A stretch of 64,000 bases of DNA from Eledone cirrhosa (lineage: Eukaryota): contig OZ024749.1 of the NCBI GenBank assembly GCA_964016885.1, forward strand, positions 52,886,001 to 52,950,000, in the 5' to 3' direction. Shown one piece after another: positions 15,301 to 27,142 of this stretch; the stretch's first letter is position 1, and the number at the start of each line of letters is the position of its first letter. The position numbers were made by a program, and so were the translations under genes. The notes beneath the pieces were generated by a model. That model searched no databases. It was not told where the DNA came from and was given only the letters and a program-made list of their open reading frames with translations.

Positions 15301-15654
15301 TAGATAATTATTATAGAAATGACTTCTACAGGACTAGACCTATTTCATTCGCGAGAAATCAGAATCCTAAATATATGTGTGTATATAGAGAGAGAAACAC
15401 ACAGACTTATCCTATATAGTATATATACACACAAACACACATCTGTTTAGTATTGACTGGCACACAAGAGTACTGAAATATCATAATAGAGACTAATGGT
15501 TGTTATTAAAGACGAGTCAATGTCCTGTTAACTCTGGGGTTTCTCCCTTGTTTACACGATCATCATACTCATGAACCCACCAACATACAGACGAAATTAG
15601 ACAAATTAAACCTATACACACACACACACACATTCATGAGTGCGATTCACTGAG

Positions 15655-15686
<32 letters not shown>

Positions 15687-18369
15687 GTATGTATAATATA
15701 TTAGGTATCCTTTAGTTATTGGTAAACAAAAATGTACATCTTTATACACACACATATATATATATATATACAGCGAAAGAGGGGCATACATAGCAGAGGC
15801 ATATATATGTGCCTGTGTGTATATAGACACTATGTATGTGTGTGTTTATATATATATATTTATACGAGGGAGGCATCATATCTGTATATATATATAGCGA
15901 GAGAGGGGGCATACATAGCAGAGGCATATATATGTGCCTGTGTGTATATATATATATAGAAATATATACACACACACACGCACACACACATACAGCGGGA
16001 TAGAAAGGCATATATATATTTATATATACATGTATGTATATATAAAGGAAAATGATTTCAACAAAAGGACAGACAGTCTCCATTTTTCTAGTCACAATTC
16101 CTTGGCAAGATCTTTGGTGGTGATATATAATATATAATATATATGTATATATATATATAAGTGTATATACAGAGAGAGAGAGAGATATGTCTGTTAAAAT
16201 AGTGCTTAGAAACTTAATTAAACAAAGTGGGTCGCAGGGAAAATGTTATATATTTAGTGCTAGTGACCTAGTTAGTTGATCTTTAAAGTCTTGTTTTCTC
16301 TAGCTATATGAGTAAAGTTAACACTGGAGGGGAGGGTCACATATATATATATATTATATATATTATATTACCTGGGTATCAATATTAATGGACAGATAGA
16401 CAGATAAAGTAGGGAGACAGAGAGAGAATCGGAGAGAAGTGAAATAAACAGAGGAACAGCTTTATTTTCTTAGCTAGAAGAAATTAACTAAGCAACCATT
16501 TTCTTTTTATTCACTAATCAGCCATATACACACACTTTATAAATATATATATATATATATATAATAGTAATAGCAATATTAGTAGTAGTAGCAGCAATAA
16601 TAATAGTAATGGCTTCTCATTTAGGCACAAGGCTTGCAATCTGAAGGAAACGGAGAAAATCGATTAAATCTATCCCCAGTGCATTACTGGTACTTTATTT
16701 TGTCGACATCATAAAGAAGAAAGACACAGCTTAATACTACTATTACTACTACTAATTAAAATAATGGTTTCTGATTTAGAGACAAAGCCAGTAATTTTTT
16801 TATTTTTGAGGGGTGGAAGAGGAGAAAGTCCATGTAATCAACCTCAGTGAATTACTGGTACTTTATTTTACTGACCCTCATATGGATGAAAGGCAAAGCT
16901 TAAAAATAATAATAGTGATAATGTAGGTGGTGGTGATAGAGGGGGGTTAAAAACAACATTATACTTAATATAAAAGATAAATTATGTGAAGAAATTTACT
17001 AATGTATACACACACACATATATATATATACATGTATATATATATACACACAAACATATATACACATATATATATATATACACACACACATACATACATA
17101 CACTATGCTGGTGTAACATTTCCATTAATTCACAATTTGTTATATGTTGTATGTATATAAAGTCTAGCAATAGTAGTACCAATATATATGTCATATAGAG
17201 GTTGGTTATACACACATTATATATATATATATATATATACACACACAAATATTTATATATATATATATACACACACAAATATTTATATATATGTTTGTAC
17301 ATATATATATATACACACACACTTATGTATATATATATATACATGTATATAGACACACACACATATATACATATATATATATAATATATATATACACACA
17401 CACATGCACATATATACATATATATCCATGAGGCACCGGCCTATATGTAGTTTCAGTGATGGAACACTAAATAACTCAATTAAGAAGACATTAACACAAC
17501 AACCAGGACCTAAATTAAGAAAACTTTAAATGACGAGGGTTCATTTTATATATATTATAATAATGGAACCTTTCTATATAAAATGGTGAAATATATTTTA
17601 GATAAAAAAAACTTATAATACATAGGATAAGGGCGACATATATGAAATGGATCATTTCATAATTAGTTAATTAGTTTTAAAAGAAACAACAAAAAGCTAA
17701 GCATCTAATTAAGAGAATTTCTTTTTAATTTTTAAATTACACAAATATTTGTGGAATATCATCAATAACCACACAAATATAATTATTAATTATTGTTATA
17801 TAATTAAAGGAAATATTGTTAGTCTATCGTATTATAATTATTTTACCAGATTCGGGTAAATATAAGTTGGTCTGGGGTCTTTTTTAACGGGAATATGGAA
17901 TTTAAATATGTAATTGTGGTATTTAAGACAAAGGGAAACTTTTTATATAAATTCTTCAAGTCATGATAATCTATATTATATATACTCTTGTTACAATATA
18001 TATATACACACACACATATATAGTGTTTGTATATTAGAGTGCAACATACTGACTATATATATATATACACACACACATATATACATATAGTAGTGTTTCT
18101 ATATTAGAGTATAACATACTGACTATATACACACACACAGGGTGTTTCTAAAAATGTAGACACTCTTCAACAGCAAAATAATCAACGTGGATAGATTTTT
18201 GGGGGACATCCTGTATATATATATATATAAACATACACACAAATATATATATATATATAAACATACACACACATATATATATATATAAGCATACACAAAA
18301 TATTCATAAATATCTTAACACACACACATATATATGTCTCAACATATAAATATGCCTCAGCACACATCA

Positions 18370-18415
<46 letters not shown>

Positions 18416-18506
18416 TGATGTGTGCTGAGACATATATATATATGTGTATGTGTTGATGTGTGCTGAGACATATATATATGTGTGTGTGTGTGTGTGTTGA
18501 TGTGTG

Positions 18507-18567
<61 letters not shown>

Positions 18568-18658
18568 TGATGTGTGCTGAGACATATATATATATATGTG
18601 TATGTGTTGATGTGTGCTGAGACATATATATATGTGTGTGTGTGTGTTGATGTGTGCT

Positions 18659-18695
<37 letters not shown>

Positions 18696-18751
18696 TGATG
18701 TGTGCTTATATATATATATATATATGTGTGTGTGTTGATGTGTGCTGAGGC

Positions 18752-18787
<36 letters not shown>

Positions 18788-18878
18788 TGATGTGTGCTGA
18801 GGCATATATATATATATATGTGTATGTGTTGATGTGTGCTGAGACATATATATGTGTGTGTGTGTGTGTTGATGTGTG

Positions 18879-18915
<37 letters not shown>

Positions 18916-19044
18916 TGATGTGTGCTGAGACATATATATATATATGTGTATGTGTTGATGTGTGCTGAGACATATATATATGTGTGGGTGTGTTGATGTG
19001 TGCTTATATATATATATGTGTGTGTGTGTGTGTTGATGTGTGCT

Positions 19045-19077
<33 letters not shown>

Positions 19078-19266
19078 TGATGTGTGCTTATATATATATA
19101 TATATGTGTGTGTATGTGTGCTGAGACATTTATGTGTTGAGACATATATATGTGTCTCAACACACACATATATATATATATATATATGAGTGTCAACACA
19201 CACATATATGTGCGTGTGTGTGTGTGTCAACACACACACAATATATATATATACATATGTATATAT

Positions 19267-19322
<56 letters not shown>

Positions 19323-20578
19323 TTTAAACAATTCCCTGCCAGCCAACATCTACCTCTTGATGTATGATTCATAACTATTTACAGTCATATAAATAGAATA
19401 TACTATTTGTCTTCTTCCAGACATATATATATGTATTGTTATATAGATATATATTGTTATATATATACACACAGCCTTTTGTGCGTGTGTGTGTATATAC
19501 ATATATATAGCGAAGGAATTGTGGTAAGGAACCAGGCGGACCATAACGCACCAGAGTACTCAATACTTAGGGTAGTAGAGTGGGTAATAGGAAAAAATGA
19601 CACCGACGGCAGAGCTCAAGCCGCTTCGACGGCTTGAGCTGGACTGAAATAGCCGTCGAAACGGCATGAGCTCTGCTGTTGGGGTCATATTTTTTCCTAT
19701 ATATATATATATATACACACAGCCTTTGTGTGTGTGTGTGTTTATAGAGAGGGAGATTTGTGTTTAGGGGAGAATATATAATAATCAGTGTGTATATATA
19801 GTGTATATATAGACTTGAATGTGCTGGGGGAGAATATATTATAACCAAATTGTGTGTATACAGTATATATATGTATGTATAGTGAGTGTATAGAGAGAGC
19901 TTTGAGTGTGTTAAGGGGAGAATATATATTAGTGAGTATATATAGAGTATATGTAACGAGTGTGTGCATGTATATATATATATGGTAAATAAATACATAG
20001 TGTGTATATATATATATATATAGAAAGAGAGAGAGGAGAGTATTGTGTGTGTTTAGAGAAGAATATATAAAATAACCAGTGTATATACATCGTGTGTGTG
20101 TATATATATATATATACAGAGAGAGATCATTCAGTGTTTAGGGTAGAATATATACCGAAAGTGTATATATAATGTATATATATAGAGAGACCATTGAGTG
20201 GGTTTAGGGTAAAATATATACCGAAAGTGTATATATATATATATATATAGCAGAGACCATTGAGTGGGTTTAGGGTAAAAGATATAACCAGTGTGTATAT
20301 ACACATATATAGAGAGCATAAGTATGTATAGAGTAGAATATATAAGTATCCAAAATAAAAATTAATGACTATACGTTCACGTGCTCAATTAGTATATACA
20401 TACATGCATACATATATATATATACATATATGTATTAGGAAAAAAATGACTATATAATATAAAACAGATTGTAGTAAAAATAATTTACCTCATCGTGTTT
20501 ATTCGAGTTTTTCTTCCTAATTTTTGATAAATCGTCAAATCCATACAAAGCCTGTCCATTATGTCGAGTCCTAACCAT
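1..20578 (-). CDS. ATAD2: ATPase family AAA domain-containing protein 2 (ATAD2/ATAD2B-like), 5' portion; continues beyond the left edge
   Basis: Coding exons in transcript order: 20489-20578 (MVRTRHNGQ...), 8486-8580, 7968-8014, 7209-7459, 6802-6901, 5715-5891, 3923-4034, 3249-3362, 2503-2614, 1974-2115, 1360-1508, 614-862, 1-33. All are GT-AG with matching phases. The translation has Walker [14 protein letters not shown], Walker [10 protein letters not shown], the [26 protein letters not shown], and ATAD2-typical [10 protein letters not shown] and [25 protein letters not shown]. The start exon is the least certain; ATAD2 versus ATAD2B cannot be resolved. Confidence 0.93.
3700..3890 (-). mobile_element. 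tRNA-derived SINE with Meta-type central domain
   Basis: Head ggcggtggattggcag with B-box gagttcaaatccc, conserved ctttgcctttcatccttacggggtcgataaaataaagtaccag, (TTA)n tail. Other copies at about 11322-11503(-), 13240-13430(-), 22655-22930(+), 27625-27825(-), 33980-34200(+), 35565-35742(-), 47740-47920(-), 50416-50620(+), 61432-61652(+), 62025-62175(-). Confidence 0.75.
4178..4515 (+). mobile_element. Palindrome+tail element with decayed hammerhead, in (TA)n of an ATAD2 intron
   Basis: Inverted arms about 4178-4240/4350-4416. GGT-CTGACAA(4283-89)-GCC...GGC-GAAACATGCGTC-ACC. Tail with GAGTGCT at 4467. (TA)n flanks. Confidence 0.55.
8168..8426 (-). mobile_element. tRNA-derived CORE-type SINE with 13-bp TSD (tcacccgatagct)
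   Basis: Head tggcttagtggttagagc...gttcaattc, CORE-like tttcacgttgctccagtttactc.gctgtagaaatg, (CA)n tail, TSD at 8168-8180 and 8414-8426. Relatives at 33613-33858(-), 34252-34360(+), 54551-54720(+), 55125-55292(-), 61875-62000(-). Confidence 0.75.
8726..10152 (+). mobile_element. piggyBac-type MITE expanded by an internal ~18 x 72-bp tandem array
   Basis: Starts TTAA-CCCATTAGTATTTA and ends TAAATGTTAAAGGG-TGAA. The body matches other ~250-bp copies of this family. The 72-bp period runs from about 8865 to 10140. Confidence 0.75.
11176..11577 (+). mobile_element. piggyBac-type MITE (TTAA TSD, ~14-bp TIR CCCTTTARCATTTA) interrupted by a SINE at about 11322-11503
   Basis: TTAA-CCCTTTAACATTTA...TAAATGTTAAAGGG-TTAA. 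Other copies: 27375-27506 (partial), 35800-35968 (-), 37176-37403, 37773-38050, 57067-57275, 62527-62878 (-). Confidence 0.75.
18200..19330. repeat. Compound microsatellite/minisatellite (GT)n-tgatgtgtgct(gagac)-(AT)n
   Basis: About 20 units of gttgatgtgtgct separated by variable dinucleotide runs. Confidence 0.9.
19510..19699 (-). mobile_element. Hairpin+tail element (family D)
   Basis: Hairpin 19588-19699. The tail is shared with 54460-54540. Flanked by a direct repeat (TA)n-cacacagccttt(t)gtg-(GT)n. Confidence 0.55.
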
Positions 20579-20816
20579 GTTTTGTGGTCGTCCAGCCTAT
20601 TTATTTAACTATCCTTCAATTAATTACAGATGATTCTCACTTTTGTAAATCCTTTCTTGCTTGTCTTCTTTATTTATTAATAATGCCCGTTTCTTACTTT
20701 CTTTCGTCACTTCTTCCTCCTTCCTGTATTATATATATATATATATATATTTTTATATAAATGTTGTATGTTGTTTCAATTCAACACGAGAATTCCACCA
20801 TTGTTGGTAATGTGAG

Positions 20817-20853
<37 letters not shown>

Positions 20854-20902
20854 GATATTATATATTATGTTATGTTATATTATATTGTATTATATGATTT
20901 AC

Positions 20903-20978
20903 CTCGGCAAGCACTACCACAAATAATTCGATAGAGAAACACGAAGGTAGGGAGAAGACGAAGAGTGAGAAGTAGAAT
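20903..20978 (-). other. Putative non-coding 5' UTR exon of ATAD2
   Basis: Minus-strand acceptor ttctaacag and donor GAG|gtaaat bound a 76-nt non-repetitive segment. The next acceptor (aatacag, exon starting at 20723) opens the start-codon exon. Confidence 0.4.
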
Positions 20979-21464
20979 CTGTTAGAAATAATATATATAT
21001 TGTAGTTATGGTGGGGGAAGAGAGAGAGAAACCTGTAAATTGTTGACTATATTATATACTATCTTTGTCTCCTATAATAGTATATAATATATATGTATAT
21101 ATATTCCTTCTGTATATGCCTGTCGCTTGTCCACGTCTGGCTAATTAGCAATCTTCCATTTCACAGAAAAGTCATTGAAAAAAGGACATATATAGATAGA
21201 TATATACACACACATATATATTATATATATGAGATATATATATATATATATATGAGTGTGTGTGTATTTTATTTATAAAGATATCTATATGTTAAATCTA
21301 TCTATCTATCTATATATTATATATATATATGTATGAGTGTGTTGGTTCAGCTAGTCGAATGAGATATATTAAATATTTCCGAATTAACGACACTTTGTTT
21401 AAGGTAACGAAGAAATTGTCCGTTATGAAGAGAAGATTGCATTTTAGAGCAGGATTGTGGACAA

Positions 21465-21507
<43 letters not shown>

Positions 21508-21569
21508 AGGATTAACTATATTTCCTTGTCTCTTGGGAATGTCTGTACACACAGACACAAACACTACTA

Positions 21570-21608
<39 letters not shown>

Positions 21609-22339
21609 AGGTATATATATATATATTTATATACGCATATATATTATATATAGCTGTTTTTCATGGAGTATCTTAGCAAAGGTAGAAGATAGAAAAGCTA
21701 ATATCAACGATATATTAATGGGGCTCTTTTTTTGTTGTTTTAAATATAATCTACACACACAGAAAATAATTATTAAACACAGATGCAGTAATAAAGCTGT
21801 TCTAGAAAATTATAGCCAGAGAAATATTGGCGCGAATAGAACGTTTCAAATTGTCTGAGGTTAACTAACACACACTAATATATATAAACATATACATATA
21901 CTTGTATATATATATATATATACACAACCCAGGAGGAAGGTTTGATAATATTAGTAAATGATTAAATAATAGTTTTTTCTAGAATGAAGGAAGAGAGAAG
22001 AGGAAGGGAAACAGACTATCAAAATCCACTTGCTGTTATTAATAATATATATATATATATACTCTATGTATATATACACTCTATATATATATTCTCTCTA
22101 TATGTATATATATATTCACTGTTAATCAATTGACGAAGGTGAATTTCGTCGTTGATGGTTGAAGGTAAACAAGGTTATTACGAAAGGGTGAGTTGTGAGA
22201 GAGAGAAGAAATAATAATAAAAAAAAACGAATCAGTCGTATTTGCTGAATATTTCTTTGTTCGTGTGTTAGATTGATTATGTTTTGACAAGGTGGTGGCG
22301 GCAGAACAGAGCGGAGCTTGCCGCCAGATTTCACAACCA

Positions 22340-22475
22340 ACGACTACAACGACACACACACTTCACCCTCTCCCACGAGCATGCGCACACTTCACTTCAC
22401 TTCACTTCACTCCCTCCTCCCGCCACAAGCATGCGTGCACTTCACCCTCTCCCACGAGCATGCGCACTAACCGGT
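22340..22475. promoter_or_regulatory. Probable ATAD2 promoter: CpG-containing patch with three tandem GCATGCG(C/T) NRF1-like motifs
   Basis: Three related units (cacttcaccctctcccacgagcatgcgcac) at about 22359, 22406 and 22438, upstream of ATAD2. An E2F-like TTGGCGCGAA lies at 21827-21836. Confidence 0.45.
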
Positions 22476-23621
22476 GCTATGGAAAAATAAACAACAAAAC
22501 AAAAAATATCCCCCCTTGCTTTCTCGCTCTCTTTCTCTCTCTGTCTCTCCATAACTGATTTATTTATTTCTCTGTCTGTCACATTTTCTTCAATAACAAT
22601 TGAATATTTTTACTACTTTCACATCTATTACACCATTATTGTTATTATTTGTCATCGTGGTAGATTGGCAAAGTCAGTAGAGCATCAGACAAGATGTTTT
22701 GCGGCTTTCTACGTTCTGTGTTCAAATCCCGCCGAGGTTAAGCTTTGCCTTTCATTCCTTAGAGGTCGATAAAATAAAGTACCAGACAAGTACTCAGATC
22801 GATATAGTAACCGACCTTTACGATCTGAGTTCGATAAAATAAGGTACCAGTAACGCACTGGAGTCGATATAATAAACTTTCCCCTCTCCTTTACCGCCAA
22901 ATTACTGGCTTTGTGCCTAAATAAGAAGCTAACATTCTTATTATTGTTGTTAATATTTCCCACCGTGATCACCGTTGCCTTTTATTTCTTCCGGGATCGA
23001 TATCGATTTTCGTCTCACTAAACGCCAAATTGCTGGCCTGTGTCTAAATTACAAACCATTATTGTTATATTTTTTTTCATTAATTCTCGCCGTGGCCACC
23101 TTCGCATTTTATCTCCCGAAGTCGTAAAATTAAGTACCAGTTATGTACCAGGATATTAGTACAATCGATTTTTCCCTCCTCAATAAAATTCCTGATCTTA
23201 TATCTAATATTAAATTTGTTTAAATTTCTAACAATTAATTATTAAAATCGTTATCTTTAAAAAATAAAAAGGCATCACACAAAAGCGGGAATAGGTTTAA
23301 TACAAATTATTTTATATATAGCCGGAGAAAAATTATAAATATATTTTATAGTCTATAAAAACCAACTATCCATTTTTCTCTTATCGTCAACCTATTATTA
23401 TGGACGGTATTTAACGTTAAATATTTATAATTTAAATATAAACTGTTTATATTTAATACATTAAATTAGCAATATACATATATATATATATATATATATT
23501 CATTTTAAACAGGCGAAACTCCAGAGTAACAAGAATCACTATTTAGCCTTAATAAAATGAATATTAAAACTCTACATCGGTATTTAGTACTCTTTTCTCT
23601 CAGACGTCAACTATATACGAA

Positions 23622-23673
<52 letters not shown>

Positions 23674-26600
23674 TAAGGCTGTGTTACGAGTTGATCATTT
23701 ATCAATTTGATAAACTTAGCGAAAAAAATAATCTATTGTTATCATCAATGAAATGTTAGAATTCGACTTCGGTACAATAAAGATTGAACCGCGGCCTTTG
23801 CTTCGATAATCTCATAATCAATGGCTAAGTGTGTAGTTTCTCAATATCTCAACACATTTTATTTAGATCAATCGATAATATTCCTATAAAGCACTCTAGA
23901 ATTCCTAGACTGGAATATAACGGAAGATGTGTAACAGCAACTTTCAAAAAGCATTCATGCGCCCTGGTAAATTTCACTATATATATATATATATGTAAAG
24001 ATGTATATATGCATATATAAATAAAGATGTATATATATATGCATATATGAATAAAGATATATTTATATATATATATATATATATACATATATAAATAAAA
24101 ATGTGTGAATATAAAGATGTGTATATATACATCTTTATATATATATATATATAACGGTTTTTAAGTATATCTGAAATGATGTGAAGTGTGTTGGTTTTTC
24201 TAAAAATAATATTTTATTGTAGGAAACTCCAACGATAATCAGTTGTGTGTGAGTGTACAGGTCTCTCCCCCTTTTTATTTTAAAATATATAAATATATTT
24301 AGTTGCCATGCACCTATATATATATATATATACGCTCCACTGTGTTCCAAGTTCTGAAGAAATGTTAGAAGATTTAAAAATAAAACGGACCAGAGCTCTG
24401 GAAATCAACTAACTAGCCATTGTAGAAATATTTGAAATAAAAGCAGTTGGTTAAAATATTCCTAGATTGCAGCACATTGTTTATAATTCTTACTGAAGGA
24501 AAATATAAACATAACAAATACAATTAATTATTGGTGGGAACGATTGTCATAGCTTTGTAAGAAGTATTATATTTATTTTATCGATAAGAAATAGCCAGAA
24601 AAAAAAAAATAGAAATAAGAAAAAAGACGAGACATGTTCAGTCAACTACACGTTATCACAGAAAATCTTGGTGTTTCCCTCTAAAAATTTTTAGTGGCAA
24701 ACCAAAATACGCGCGATATTGCCGGGAGTGATAGCGAGGCTAAGGTGAATGAAACAGTCAAGTATCTTCACTATCATCACTTGATACTTCAGTAAGACGA
24801 GTTGTAAACAATGACAAAAACTTCGTTGCCAGAGATCCAGCTCCTCCGAACGTTTCTAATATCAAACGTTGAAAAGTTTATTTGTAAACATTAAATGAAA
24901 ACATAAATATGTGGGGCATGAGTAAGGCCGGCCTACGTATATAAGTATATCTATTTATTTATCTATCTATATTAGGGCCAGCACACAATAACATCTAGAG
25001 CAACATCTCTCAACCCGTGTTCCCCAGAGCCCTGGGGTTCTGTAAGAGCTTGCTAGGGGTTCCACAAGAAACAGTGATAATAGGTTAATGTGTTCTGAAA
25101 AAGTGGCAGTATGATTTTTTTTTTTTTTCGTATTATGGTATTCTAATTTGTAATAACTCTAAAATAGAGTTTCGGAATCAAGCATATCGCAGTGAATTCT
25201 TTGTAATCCGAGGTTGTAGCACTAAAAAGTAGTGTCATCTAGTGCCCTGTCCCCGGGGCGATGATCAACTGAAATTATTATCTATATAAGCCAGTCACGG
25301 TTGAGATAGATATAACCAGTTATATATATACTATATGCTTAGAGCCTAAATTTGTCGGCCTCTGCGACGGGCCTTGGAAACTGATCACAAATCTGTGATC
25401 TCGATCAGACGAACGACAACAGTCATATAGTCAAGAAAATGTAACCAAAGGGGTCCAAGTTGTTGACCTCTTCACGGTGAGTCCTGGAAACGAATCATTG
25501 ATATCTGATCTAGAACAGATGAACGACAATAACCCGAGACAGCAACAGTCTTATACTCAAGAAGTAATATCTCTTACAATGATTCACATCTCCAGCAGTT
25601 TAGATACCAAAAGTAAAGAAATATTTGACATTCCACAATAGTGTTTCCTTGTAGAAGGTAAAGGGAGATAATGTTAACTGTTTTGATAACTAAACCCACC
25701 TGAAACCTCCACAGCTGCTTATTTTAAAGTTTATCTATTTAAGAAAAAAAAAAAAAAACACTTTCCACCATAATCTTATGTAAGAACCTTTGTTAAGTTG
25801 TTCCTAACAACAACTTGATATTGAAAAAATTAGTTTATATTACTAAATCCCTCCAAATTCTTGATTATTTTCAAAATTATTTAGGCAGTGTTTTTCATTA
25901 GAAATATTCTATTGAAAGGATTAAGTCCTATAAAAATAGTCTCAGTTGTTATAAAATAGTAGGAATAGGTAAACTGGACTCATTGTGGAGTTGTCTCAAT
26001 TTCTCAAGAGTTGTTACAAATCTTGTAGTCAGACTAGCATCATGTTTGCTATTCTAGATAAGAGTACATACATATTTTCTTCTACTACAAAATGTAATTA
26101 AAACTAATTCTTAAGACAGTTCTCAGCAATCATTTGAATTAATTAATGAAGAATTTGGAGGCATTAACAAAAATTACGATTTCTTAATTAAGATGATATT
26201 TGTAAAATAACAAAAGGTTCTCATATGAAATTATGTTGGTAGATTTTAATTTAAATAGAAACCTTTTAAAATAGGGGGTTTTGCTTCATAGAATCAGAAG
26301 TGATTCTGGCTAGATTAATTCATGTCTTGATGTCTCTACTTAATCTGAAAATGTCTAAAGTCTGTCTCAAACCTGGAGGCTCATCAACTGGTGCTTATCT
26401 CAGTTTATGTTGTGTTAAGTGACTGAAAGTACATTTCCCCTTGGACAGAATGCCAATCCATCACAGGGTTAAAGTCTGTCTCAAGACCAGCTCATCAGGC
26501 CACTGCTTATTCCAGTTTCAATGATGTGAAGCAACTGTGAGTACAAGACTTCTTCCCCTCTCGACAGGACATCAGTCCATCACAGGGTTAAACCCCAGCT

Positions 26601-27142
26601 ATTGCTGGTACTCATTTTCAGCTGAGTATCCTGGAGCAACCTGAAATGAAGTGTTTTACTCAAAAATACAACAAACAACCCAGTCCAGAAATCAAACCCA
26701 TGACATTACGATCCTAAGTCCAACATCCTTACCACTAAGCCACACACCTTCACAGAACACAACCCAGGCCAGAAATCAAACCCACAACATTATGATCATA
26801 AGTCCAACATCCTTACCACTAGGCCACACACCCCCACAGAACACAACACACAACCCAGTCAAGAAATCAAACCCACGACATATGATCATAAGTCCAACAC
26901 CCTTATCACAAGGTTTACTTGTTCAAGAAATGGGCTAACAATTTAATTAATACAAAACATTTAGTTTTTAACCAATACAAATTCATGTTACAGAATTTCT
27001 ACAATTTACTACAAATCCCAGACAATTTAAACCCAAAGTTTATTGATTTGACAATTACACATATCAATCACAATTTGAAAAGATAATAATAAAATGTTCT
27101 TATTCAGATCATTTAAAATGTTGTGGTCAAATTACTTTTAAT

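Noticed and set aside
19760-20300. Scattered TTTAGGG/TTAGGG (also 52210-52460)
   Set aside because: Single motifs inside larger minisatellite units, not telomeric arrays.
15612-21858. Many [12 protein letters not shown] ORFs (also 40084-40589, 45941-46282, 59902-60398)
   Set aside because: Translations of (TA)n/(CA)n microsatellites.
22122-22340. MVVKSGGKLR ORF as the ATAD2 start
   Set aside because: No ATG at that position and no in-phase donor. The exon at 20489-20578 has an ATG, an MVRTR start and a phase-0 donor.
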